Assembly (NCBI GenBank): GCA_046314355.1
Contig: JBKBWQ010000001.1
Coordinates: 1,248,001-1,312,000 of the forward strand
Source of the DNA: Candidatus Altimarinota bacterium
GTDB taxonomy: Bacteria > Patescibacteriota > Gracilibacteria > 1-14-2-50-48-13
Length of the DNA: 64,000 nucleotides
Reading direction: 5' to 3'
The notes beneath the pieces are model-generated. The model was not told the DNA's origin and did no database searches. It saw nothing but the letters and a program-made list of their open reading frames with translations. How positions within the stretch are numbered: position 1 is the stretch's first letter; the number at the start of each line of letters is the position of its first letter. This document shows, in pieces, positions 1 through 8,707 of this stretch. The position numbers and the translations under genes were made by a program.

Positions 1-1062
1 TATAAACCACTGAGGTACAGGCAGGATTTCTATAGAAGTACCACATCTCTCATGGACGCCTTTCTCATGTGTATGAGATTTTTCAGCAAGAACATATCCA
101 CCTGGACGGATCATTTCTATGATTACTCCGCGGGCTTTCTTGATATAAAGACCGTCAATTTCAGGCATGTCTGGAAAGTTAATATGCCCGTTTTTCGTAA
201 TAAGAATTTTTTCCGGTAAATTATGTTTTTTAACCCAATACATATCTGTCTCATCTCCATATGTACAGCACATAACTGCTCCTGTCCCTTTATCTATCTG
301 GACTTTATCATCTGCCATTAATGGTACAGTATCTCCAAGCGGAGTAGTCACTGTTTTACCAATAAGATCTGTATACCGGGCATCATCAGGATGTACAAAT
401 ACAGCCACACATGCAGGTAAGTATTCAGGGCGGGTTGTGGCAATAGTAAGATCTTTGCCTTCTACTGAAAACTTGAGATCATAAAATATCGTTTCAAATT
501 CTTTATCTTCCACTTCTGCCTGTGCTACTGCAGTCTGACATTCAATACACCAAAGAGCGGGAGCGAATCTTTTTTCTATTCGTCCTTTTTTAAAGAGCTC
601 AATAAATGATCGTTGTGATACGCGCTGTGCCAAAGGATCAATACTAGAGTATTCAAGATTCCAATCAGAGCTCAACCCCACTGACTGCCAGAGAGACTGA
701 AATTCTTTTCTGTACTTTTTCGTGACGTCTAGACAAAGTGCCACAAACTCATCACGATCCATTTCAGAACCTTTTACCCCAGTCTCTTTCTCTACAAGAC
801 GCTCTGTGGGAAGTCCATTGTCATCAAAACCAAATGGATAGAAGACATTATATCCCTGCATACGTTTGAATCGGGCGATCACTTCAGCCTGAGTATAAGA
901 AAAGATATGTCCAATATGAATTGTGCCGGAAACAGTAGGAGGAGGTGTGTCTATTGAGTAGAGAGGTTTTTCAGATTTTGGATCAAAATGATAAGTGCCT
1001 GCTGTCTGCCAGTAGTCCTGCCATTTTTTCTCAGAGATTTGCGGATCGTAAGGAGTTGCCAT
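1..1062 (-). CDS. valS: Valyl-tRNA synthetase, archaeal/type-2-like, N-terminal part (runs off window)
   Basis: Manual translation from ATG at 1062: MATPYDPQISEKKWQDYW..IDTPPPTVSGTIHIGH..GFDDNGLPTERLVE..ATTRPEYL..KGTGAVMCCTYGD..HERCGTSIE. Absent from the ORF track because it is truncated. Confidence 0.95.
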   Translation of the reverse strand, partial: MATPYDPQISEKKWQDYWQTAGTYHFDPKSEKPLYSIDTPPPTVSGTIHIGHIFSYTQAEVIARFKRMQGYNVFYPFGFDDNGLPTERLVEKETGVKGSEMDRDEFVALCLDVTKKYRKEFQSLWQSVGLSSDWNLEYSSIDPLAQRVSQRSFIELFKKGRIEKRFAPALWCIECQTAVAQAEVEDKEFETIFYDLKFSVEGKDLTIATTRPEYLPACVAVFVHPDDARYTDLIGKTVTTPLGDTVPLMADDKVQIDKGTGAVMCCTYGDETDMYWVKKHNLPEKILITKNGHINFPDMPEIDGLYIKKARGVIIEMIRPGGYVLAEKSHTHEKGVHERCGTSIEILPVPQWFI

Positions 1063-1211
1063 TGTTCAAAAAAGTTACAAATTACAGCTATCATACGCAG
1101 GTTTCCAGCAGCCTACAAACTGTAATGTTTGAGTTTTGTTGACCTGTTATATTTTTATTTCATAAAATATAAAGTAAAAAGACCCTCATCATTGAAAGTC
1201 TTTGTAGTTTT

Positions 1212-1652
1212 TCATACCGCTGTTCTACTTTCCAGCAGTTCATTTATGTATTTGCAAAGTGTTGGCAGTTCAACCACACCTTTTTGGATGAATGTCATAT
1301 TGTTTTTATTTAACCACTCATCCAAGCTTTTCTTTGCACTACCGCTATAGACAATTACTTGGTAACCTTTCTTTAAAAGATTTTTAATACTTGTCTCTGT
1401 CGTATAGTGAAAGTGTTGATCCTGTAACAGATCTGATATATCCCAATCATGCAGAACCAGCAGAGGTTTCCCTGTAGCATTATGCACAGCATCCCACATC
1501 TCTTTCGTGACTGCTGATATAACGCTCAGCTCATTTTTAAAAGCTAGATTTATCGTTTTTTCGATAATTCTCCGGGCACTTCCTAGATTGTCATAATGAG
1601 AACTATCATCCATGAGAACAATTTCGTTCCCCTTGAATTCTATTTTGGTCAT
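1212..1652 (-). CDS. Hypothetical protein (146 aa)
   Basis: ORF with SD-like AGAGGT upstream; no recognisable motif. Confidence 0.65.
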   Translation of the reverse strand: MTKIEFKGNEIVLMDDSSHYDNLGSARRIIEKTINLAFKNELSVISAVTKEMWDAVHNATGKPLLVLHDWDISDLLQDQHFHYTTETSIKNLLKKGYQVIVYSGSAKKSLDEWLNKNNMTFIQKGVVELPTLCKYINELLESRTAV

Positions 1653-1828
1653 TTCTGTTTTTACCTCTATACCTATATGTGTTTGCTCACTTATAATCGA
1701 AATGTGTAAAATGATCGTTAAAAAATGATCTATTCTTATCAGAGATGCTTATTCAGATAAAACTTCCATATATTGCATATCATGAAAAATACTTGTACCA
1801 TGGGTAAAATATCCTTACATATTCTTCA

Positions 1829-3136
1829 ATGAAAAAGACGTTTACCTTACTCCTTCTTTTTGTTTTTCTTGGAAATACATCTGTAGCTTTGAATGCAAAT
1901 GCTTTTACTGAACTCCAGAAAGTAAGGGATTGGAATCAGAATTTTTCAGACATTGAAGGACATTGGGCAGAGAGAGAAATAAAGAATTTTTACGAATCTG
2001 GGATAGTAAGTGGTGATCAGGGTACTTTTTCTCCAGATCGGCCTATTACGAGAGCTGAGTTTGTAAAGCTCTTAACACTTTCTCTGAGAAATCATATCAA
2101 TCTTGTGCCGATTATCTCAGAAAAATCTGTAGAGTTCTTTGATGTCCTACCAAATGCCTGGTATGAGTACTCCCTGAAAGTATTAGTTCCTAGAAATATA
2201 ATAAAAGGGTATGAGGATGGTACATTTCGTCCAGAAGCATATGTGAATAGAGCTGAGGCTACCAAAGCTCTGGTCTTAGCATATGGAATATCAGAGGAAC
2301 AAATACAGGCTGATAAGATGTTAAAGAGTGGAATGGTCTTATTGAAGGATATCCAAACAACTGCGTGGTATGCTAAATACATTAATACTGCAATGAAGCT
2401 GAGCTTAATGTCTGGAAAAAATGATGCATTCTTTGGAGTAAGTGAGTATTTGACGAGAGCTGAAGCTGTCAGTATGCTGTATACTGCTACTTATCAAACT
2501 ATTTTCTTTTCAGATGATGATGTAAAGGACATGTCATTAGGCTATACGAGAGAACCAATAGAGCCCACAATAGTAGAACTTCAAGACAACACTTCTCCTG
2601 CTGGTCTGCATGTTGCTGGAAATGCTGATGCACCTTTCACCATGACTGTATTTACGGACTTTGAGTGTCCAGGCTGTACGTATTTCTATTTTGATGTGAC
2701 TAAGAATCTAAAAAAGGAATTTTTAGATACAGGTATTTTGAAACTCGTATATAAAGATTTTCCACTGATAAGTATGCATGAGCGTGCATTTGCTGCTGCT
2801 AATGCGCTTCATTGTGCAGATGGACAGGGAAATGCATCTGGAATGTATCAGTTGTTATATGAAAAAAATGCGAACTGGAAATATAATAATAATATGGCTG
2901 TAGCATTATTTGGATTTGCAGAGCAACTGGAGCTTGATAAAGAAGTGTTTAAAAAATGTGTACTAGGGGCAGAGGAAAGAGAAGCTGTCTTTGCTAATAT
3001 GCAAGATGGATATGCTCTGGAAATATCAGGAACACCTACAATCTTTCTATCAAAGACTGGTACGGGTATAACAATGGAAGATAAGGTAGGAATGCAATAT
3101 GATGCAATTCGAGAGAAGCTTCTGAATTATGAATAG
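1829..3136 (+). CDS. Secreted SLH-domain protein fused to a DsbA/thioredoxin-like domain
   Basis: Signal peptide; three SLH repeats (FSDIEGHWA..ITRAEF; FRPEAYVNRAEA; LTRAEA); FTDFECPGC CxxC motif; GTPT cis-Pro motif. Confidence 0.9.
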   Translation: MKKTFTLLLLFVFLGNTSVALNANAFTELQKVRDWNQNFSDIEGHWAEREIKNFYESGIVSGDQGTFSPDRPITRAEFVKLLTLSLRNHINLVPIISEKSVEFFDVLPNAWYEYSLKVLVPRNIIKGYEDGTFRPEAYVNRAEATKALVLAYGISEEQIQADKMLKSGMVLLKDIQTTAWYAKYINTAMKLSLMSGKNDAFFGVSEYLTRAEAVSMLYTATYQTIFFSDDDVKDMSLGYTREPIEPTIVELQDNTSPAGLHVAGNADAPFTMTVFTDFECPGCTYFYFDVTKNLKKEFLDTGILKLVYKDFPLISMHERAFAAANALHCADGQGNASGMYQLLYEKNANWKYNNNMAVALFGFAEQLELDKEVFKKCVLGAEEREAVFANMQDGYALEISGTPTIFLSKTGTGITMEDKVGMQYDAIREKLLNYE

Positions 3137-3146
3137 AGATGTGAAT

Positions 3147-3175
3147 AGAAGGCTATTTCTTAGAAATAGCCTTCT
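3147..3175. terminator. Perfect palindrome between convergent genes, probable bidirectional terminator
   Basis: AGAAGGCTATTTCT-T-AGAAATAGCCTTCT, 14-bp arms. Confidence 0.6.
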
Positions 3176-3188
3176 GAGGTGAGAAAAA

Positions 3189-3371
3189 TTAAAGGTAGAT
3201 TCCAACTGGTTCGTCAGGATCAATAGGTGCTGGAGGATTTTTTGTATTTGTTACAAATCGTTCCATGCTTTCCAAGATGATAGCACGATTATCATCTGAA
3301 TTTTCCTTTTTTTCAAAAATTTCTCTCATGTTTTTATATGCTGCCTCTAAGCGATCGAGGTGTTGACACAT
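3189..3371 (-). CDS. Small hypothetical protein (~60 aa)
   Basis: AAGGAG SD before ATG at 3371 (MCQHLDRL..); TTGACT..TATAAT promoter-like motif upstream. Confidence 0.6.
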   Translation of the reverse strand: MCQHLDRLEAAYKNMREIFEKKENSDDNRAIILESMERFVTNTKNPPAPIDPDEPVGIYL

Positions 3372-3449
3372 ACTGTTAACTCCTTTTATTTTCAATAATA
3401 ATTTTGTTTGTTCTGATTATAGGTAAATGTGGGGAAAGTCAAGGGGGCT

Positions 3450-3616
3450 GTGTATTGTTTTCACCTGCCGGTGAGGGCTTTTTCTTTTGTAACCAAAAGA
3501 AACAAAAGTTTTGGGGGAGGAGAAAAGCGTCTGGCAGGGTGGGGCGGCTTCGAGAAGTGATCAGACGCTTCTCCTCCCCCAAACCCCCAGGGACGGTGCA
3601 GTTTAGGTGAGGGCTC
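3450..3616. repeat. Dispersed ~165-bp structured repeat, module M1, copy A
   Basis: Near-identical to 21693-21855 and 29461-29626: CACCTGCCGGTG, TTCTTTTG-TAAC-CAAAAGAA hairpin, long TTTGGGGGAGGAGAA..GCGTCT/AGACGC..TTCTCCTCCCCCAAA stem; ends in GGGCTC. Confidence 0.95.
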
Positions 3617-3699
3617 AAGTAACTAGTAACTAGTGACCGTCACTAGTTACTAGTCACTGCGCAGTCAGGCGATGTACCTGCGGTACATGTCATTGGCTC
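3617..3699. repeat. 77-bp palindromic module M2 plus closing GGCTC, copy A
   Basis: 20-bp-arm CTAGT(A/G)A hairpin plus ATGTACC-TGC-GGTACAT hairpin; second copy at 29627-29709. Confidence 0.9.
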
Positions 3700-3720
3700 G
3701 AAGGGGAGAGGGCACAGGCG

Positions 3721-3791
3721 CGTCATCCTGCAGGGTGATTCTTTATCTTCAGTCTCTACATTTAGAACTGTGGGAGGGGTCTCCAAACACA
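3721..3791. repeat. GTCAT-type REP-like hairpin, solo copy of the GIY-YIG element end
   Basis: Starts CGTCATCCTGCAG; 3763-3791 is the exact 29-bp reverse complement of 35235-35263. Confidence 0.9.
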
Positions 3792-3863
3792 GGCTTAGGA
3801 GTAACTATCACACGAGCCTTTTACTCCTTTTGAAAATTGAACTATAAAACTTAGACAAATAAC

Positions 3864-4496
3864 TTAATTTGCCGGTGGATAATATTTCTCCAATCCCTTA
3901 GGGAATACAGGTATAAAAGGTGTGTCTAGGAGTGTCTGTATTTCCTTACAAACATAGGGGTCCTTTGCGAGTTTTATATATTCCTGTGCACTCATTAGAC
4001 CTACATATTCCTGTCCTAAGAATTCATATGCTTCAAGCATTTCACAGTCATATGGTGCTAAGATAGGAATTTTATCAATTGGTGTTACTTCTTTTGTAGA
4101 GATATATTCTACTCCTTTCTCCCATTTGCCGATTTCCCAGTCTTCTCGCTCAATGCGGTAAAAATCTTGTCCTAAAAAGACGTAGATAAATCCTTTCAAC
4201 TTTGCCCCAAGTAAGATGTGACGGTTTTTATAGTATAATCTGTGGAATACAAAACGGTATTTCTCTTTGTATGATTGGTACTGTTCTGTAGGTTCATAGC
4301 AAAACATGCCTGAAGGAGTGGTGTGCCCAAACACTACAGGTTCTCCGAATTCATAATTTCCATTCTCAGTTGGTTTATGGAATGCGGGACTTAGTGTAGA
4401 AAAATCTTTTCCGGAGCCATGAAAAACATATTTTTCTGTACAAGGCTGTACATCGAGAATATGCATTTGTGATGAATCATATGGCGTGAAAAGCAT
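3864..4496 (-). CDS. Hypothetical protein, possible ADP-ribosyltransferase-like (Arr-like) fold
   Basis: YVFHGS..LSP..VVFG..GFIYVF..EYIS..VTP pattern; likely start MLFTP at 4496 because the upstream extension lies in a repeat. Confidence 0.5.
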   Translation of the reverse strand: MLFTPYDSSQMHILDVQPCTEKYVFHGSGKDFSTLSPAFHKPTENGNYEFGEPVVFGHTTPSGMFCYEPTEQYQSYKEKYRFVFHRLYYKNRHILLGAKLKGFIYVFLGQDFYRIEREDWEIGKWEKGVEYISTKEVTPIDKIPILAPYDCEMLEAYEFLGQEYVGLMSAQEYIKLAKDPYVCKEIQTLLDTPFIPVFPKGLEKYYPPAN

Positions 4497-4521
4497 AAGT
4501 ATTCTTATAATTTTGAATGAT

Positions 4522-4581
4522 GGTTTCCGTTGGGCAGACTTCTTCGGCTTCGTTATAATCATCGAACGGAATGACAGGCTC
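4522..4581. repeat. GTCAT-type REP-like hairpin (minus orientation) ending in AGGCTC
   Basis: GGTTTCCGTT...AACGGAATGACA-GGCTC. Confidence 0.75.
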
Positions 4582-4603
4582 TAGCCCTCCTTACAGTTCT
4601 TAT

Positions 4604-7264
4604 TTATCCGCTTATTCCTATTCTCGCCTCAATCTCCTGATCTACGAATACTCTTTTTCTTCCATACTTCAGACTTGAATATTTCTTCAAGATAGCTGCT
4701 ACTTTTTCGTTTCTGTCACGTTCATCATTTACTGTCTCGAGGGAGAATGGTCTTGAAGTGGTGTTGTGGATATTGAGTTTTATATAGGCTTTGTAGTTGG
4801 CGATATTTACGATATCCTGATCTGATAGGGTAGGTGCGTATTCTTTTGCTAAATATTCCGCATCTTCTGCACCTACTTTAAAGCTCATCATAGTACCTAC
4901 GTTACCGAAGATGGCATCTCGTACCTGTGTGCTTTGTTTACCGTTGGCGCTCACGACCAGCTGGCTGATATACTGATGGGCCATGATAAGGGCGAGGCGG
5001 TACTTTCTGGCCTCGGAGAGGATGCTGGCAAAAGTATCTGTGGCAAAGTTCTGGAACTCATCCACATAAAGGAAGAAGTCTTTACGGTCCTTAGACGGAA
5101 TGTCTACACGGCTCATGGCTGCCATTGAGATTTTATTTACAAGGATCAGTCCTAGCAGCTGTGCATTAAGTCCTCCGATTTTACCCTTTGAAAGGTTTAC
5201 GAGGAGGATCTTCTGCTGATCCATACATTCCCGGATATTAAAGGCACTCTTTGATTGTCCGATGACATTTCGGATCGTAGTATTTGTAATAAACGGTCCA
5301 AATTTGGCAGAAAAGTAAGGGATCATCTCCTCACGTTCTCTTGCTCCTGTATGGGCATATTCATGCTCCCAGAAGGATCTTACCACTGAGTTTTTAATCT
5401 TCGCTACCTTGTATTTCATGAACTCTTCATCCGTAAACATACGGGGAATATCAATTAGTGTAGCGCCGTCATCCTCATCGTCCATAAGTGTCAGACACGC
5501 ATTTCGGAAATAATGCTGGATTCGAGGACCGAAGATTTCATCTCCATAGAGTTTAATAAAGATTTCTGTGGCGTCGAGACTGGCTCTGTCTTTTTCTTCC
5601 TCTGTCTTTGCCTCTAGGATATTTAGTCCCATCGGGCGATCCTTGTCAGAAGGGTCAAACACTATCACGTCCCGTGCACGTTCCTTTGGAACATAACAAA
5701 GAATATCTTCAATCAAGTCTCCATGAGGATCGATCACACCTACTCCATCGCCGTTCCAGATATCCTGACGTGCCATATACTGTAGAAATACCGACTTACC
5801 AGAACCGGATTTTCCGATCACGTAATGATGTCTTGTACGGTCATCTCTAAGTATGCGGACAAGTTTTTTTACGCCGCGGTAACGGCTATATCCGAGCACA
5901 ACTCCTTCGTTTGGAAGATCTATCGGAGGAGGCAGGATCTTGTAAGACTGCCAGAAGATTACTGGAGATTTATTATAGATGCTATTTGGGAAATGGTAGA
6001 CTGTGGCGAGCTCATCCGGAGTAAGTAGACATGTTTTTACAGCAAATCCGTAGAGACGTTTCTCATAGCCGTAATAGATAAGTGGTGTACTGATAAAGTC
6101 CAAGGGGACTACTCGTCTGTTTTGAAAAAGATTTCCTTTACCGTCACTAAAGATGCTAAAACCTACAACCATATTGTTGAGGATGTCATCAACTCTGTTA
6201 TTTCCTTCTTTTGATGCTGCAACGATTCTGAAAGTTACATTAAATCCGCCGCTCTGAGCTGCCTTTTCACCTACGCGTTTTGCAAACTCTTCATCTGTCT
6301 GAAGCATACGTACATATGAGTCACCTCCTGAGGCACCAGGTGCATTCGTTTTTCCTGAAGGCAAAAATGAGTTATTATTCCATAAGAATCCTAGAAAGCC
6401 AAAAATAGGTCCTATAATAGGGATCTTACCAAAGAAAGACTGATGAATCTTTTTACCTTTAAAGAGAAGGGTACCTTTGGCCTCTGCCTCACGTCGCCAT
6501 TTATTGCTGCTGGGACGAATGATCATCTGGATAGCTGCGCGCTCGTCTTCTCCGAGTTTACTCATCACGTTTGTAATATCATTGAGAGGGTCGTCCTCCA
6601 TTGTTTGATACGTCTTGATAGGATTCCAGAACTCTTTCTTTGTATGCATATAATATCCTTTCACATGATATCCTGTCTCATACATGACTGGAGCTTTTGT
6701 AAGCTCGATCTCGGCTTCAGGATAAAATGTTGTGATCTGCTTTTCTACGATACTTTTATAATAAGGAAGGGTAGCTACGTAAAAGTAGAGATTCTTTTTA
6801 TTGATGTGAAGCTCGAAGCAGACGATATCAGTCTTTAGGAGATAACTTCTGATCATATTCCAGAGATTGATTTCTTTGATCTCAAACAGTGCACGGTAGA
6901 GCTGCTGCATGACAATAAGTGTCTCTTTAAAGTCTTTCTTAGTTTCTTTTTCTTTATCAGATTTAGAATCAGATCTAGAAAGGACTACTTTCATAAAGAT
7001 CAGATGTTTACTTACCCACAGTGCTACAAGCCATTTGAAGAAAAGCTTAAATAGCTTCCATCCGTAGAATATAACGATGAAGGCTACCAGAGCAATAAGC
7101 CAGTATTTTTGAATGTAGGCGATAGCTATTGTGCCGTTTTTGACTGTGCTAGCTAAAAACTGCTGTAATAATAAAAAAATATTATTAGTATTGGCTGCTG
7201 CTTGTTGTGTGGTCCGTGCGACAAGCTGGATGAACATGAGGAAAGAGAGAAATGTGAGTATCAT
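4604..7264 (-). CDS. Membrane-anchored VirD4/TraD/HerA-like ATPase (type IV secretion coupling-like protein common in CPR)
   Basis: N-terminal TM; RTRHHYVIGKSGSGKS Walker A; IDPHGDL; LYVDEFQNF Walker B; LSEARKY; AHQYISQL. Confidence 0.9.
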   Translation of the reverse strand: MILTFLSFLMFIQLVARTTQQAAANTNNIFLLLQQFLASTVKNGTIAIAYIQKYWLIALVAFIVIFYGWKLFKLFFKWLVALWVSKHLIFMKVVLSRSDSKSDKEKETKKDFKETLIVMQQLYRALFEIKEINLWNMIRSYLLKTDIVCFELHINKKNLYFYVATLPYYKSIVEKQITTFYPEAEIELTKAPVMYETGYHVKGYYMHTKKEFWNPIKTYQTMEDDPLNDITNVMSKLGEDERAAIQMIIRPSSNKWRREAEAKGTLLFKGKKIHQSFFGKIPIIGPIFGFLGFLWNNNSFLPSGKTNAPGASGGDSYVRMLQTDEEFAKRVGEKAAQSGGFNVTFRIVAASKEGNNRVDDILNNMVVGFSIFSDGKGNLFQNRRVVPLDFISTPLIYYGYEKRLYGFAVKTCLLTPDELATVYHFPNSIYNKSPVIFWQSYKILPPPIDLPNEGVVLGYSRYRGVKKLVRILRDDRTRHHYVIGKSGSGKSVFLQYMARQDIWNGDGVGVIDPHGDLIEDILCYVPKERARDVIVFDPSDKDRPMGLNILEAKTEEEKDRASLDATEIFIKLYGDEIFGPRIQHYFRNACLTLMDDEDDGATLIDIPRMFTDEEFMKYKVAKIKNSVVRSFWEHEYAHTGAREREEMIPYFSAKFGPFITNTTIRNVIGQSKSAFNIRECMDQQKILLVNLSKGKIGGLNAQLLGLILVNKISMAAMSRVDIPSKDRKDFFLYVDEFQNFATDTFASILSEARKYRLALIMAHQYISQLVVSANGKQSTQVRDAIFGNVGTMMSFKVGAEDAEYLAKEYAPTLSDQDIVNIANYKAYIKLNIHNTTSRPFSLETVNDERDRNEKVAAILKKYSSLKYGRKRVFVDQEIEARIGISG

Positions 7265-7383
7265 AAAAGTATATCATACTCGTATTTGGCTATGCAAGAA
7301 TGTGGTGGTAGGAATGGGAAATTATTGAAGGGTGATATTTTTTTTGAAGTTGTTGAATATTTATCTTTCAATTCTTTTTAACG

Positions 7384-7411
7384 TTGACAAATTATAAATT
7401 AAGCTTATTTT
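7384..7411 (+). promoter_or_regulatory. Sigma70-like promoter with 16-bp spacer
   Basis: TTGACA-N16-TATTTT upstream of the 7516 ORF. Confidence 0.5.
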
Positions 7412-7515
7412 ATTAATAAGCTTAATCGCAACAAAGGGATACGTGACCACGTATCCCAGATCTTTAGGGTCTGGTGATTGAAGTGAATATGATATTTTGA
7501 AAATTTGGAGAAAAA

Positions 7516-8529
7516 ATGAGCAAAAAAGGTTTAAATTTACATCTACTTGATGATTTAATATTTGCAGGTCTGTATTCATGGTATACAGCACAGCTTGATA
7601 TTTATCATAAGATCGGATTTACTTCGATCCAAGATGGAAAGGTTGGAATTTTTGACCAATATGGCACTTTCAGACCGGTTCCGACTTTGGAAGAAATTCA
7701 TGCAGTAATAAATGAAAAGAAGGAAAATTTGGAACTGGAATATAAGCAATCACAAGGCTTCTCTAGATATATGCTTGTTCCTATTGGTCTTTCTAGTGAG
7801 AAGATGTACTCTACCTTAGTTGGATTGTATAGACACTATCAGAGAAAGGTTTCACTTTTTCAGGATGATAGAAAAAAGACTCCTTTGAAAATCACTCTCA
7901 CCCCTACAGGGAAAGAGAAAAAAAAGTATAACATGCATGCTTTCAGCAGATCGTTAACGATTAAAGAGGACCAAGTTTACTATTATCCAAAAGATCTTCG
8001 TCAAAACGATCCTGCATTATCGGGGGGTGTTCTAAAGGATACACTTCTTGAAAGTCAGCGCTTCCCAGGTTGGGAGATTCATATACTTCAGAAGGATACG
8101 AAGCTTCGTAGGAGAGGAACAGGAAAGACTATTAGTGATCGTCCTGAGTTAGATGGAGGTCTTAGTGCGGCGGATTGTTTAGATTTAATTAGTGACAGGA
8201 TTGAAAATCTTCCAGGAAAAGCCATTAGGGATAAAAACGGGAAACTCGTCTACCGACATGAAGTAGGAAGTACTTCAGAAGTTTGGATTGTTGAGGCTAT
8301 TATGAAACTTACTGAATACAAGAAAGTTCACGGCGATATTGAGAATAAAGATGATGCTGGATGTCTACACGTAGGAACTGCAATATTTTATCAAAATATA
8401 TATGGTAAAAATATTAATGTGACTTGTTCGCAAACGGATATTCACAGGGGTAGAATACTGTGTCTTGGTGAACATACTGAAGTGGATTATTCTGATTTAG
8501 CTCCCAGTACAACTGTAAAAGTTTGTTGA
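7516..8529 (+). CDS. Hypothetical protein (337 aa)
   Basis: Long ORF with GGAG SD, promoter and terminator. Confidence 0.8.
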   Translation: MSKKGLNLHLLDDLIFAGLYSWYTAQLDIYHKIGFTSIQDGKVGIFDQYGTFRPVPTLEEIHAVINEKKENLELEYKQSQGFSRYMLVPIGLSSEKMYSTLVGLYRHYQRKVSLFQDDRKKTPLKITLTPTGKEKKKYNMHAFSRSLTIKEDQVYYYPKDLRQNDPALSGGVLKDTLLESQRFPGWEIHILQKDTKLRRRGTGKTISDRPELDGGLSAADCLDLISDRIENLPGKAIRDKNGKLVYRHEVGSTSEVWIVEAIMKLTEYKKVHGDIENKDDAGCLHVGTAIFYQNIYGKNINVTCSQTDIHRGRILCLGEHTEVDYSDLAPSTTVKVC

Positions 8530-8558
8530 TTTTTCTCCAAAAATAAAAATTGCTATGC

Positions 8559-8589
8559 AAAGCACTTACAGTAATGTGAGTGCTTTTTT
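8559..8589 (+). terminator. Rho-independent terminator
   Basis: AAAGCACTTACA-GTAA-TGTGAGTGCTTT followed by T-run. Confidence 0.7.
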
Positions 8590-8707
8590 ATATGTTTAAA
8601 TATAAATACAATAAATATTTATATATATGTCAACTCTTCTCTACTGCAAAAAATAATCCAGACATGGTACAATGATATGATAAAAATTTACATAAACAAA
8701 AACATAT

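Noticed and set aside
167-484. Plus-strand 105-aa ORF and the many other short ORFs antisense to long genes
   Set aside because: Shadows of genes with clear motifs on the opposite strand (here valS).
3404-3610. ORFs at 3404-3610, 21470-21820 and 29383-29592 with similar peptides
   Set aside because: They are translations of repeat module M1; frames and strands are not preserved among copies.
4604-7264. Conjugative element suggested by the VirD4-like ATPase
   Set aside because: No relaxase, mating-pair or integrase genes nearby; stand-alone homologs are common in CPR chromosomes.
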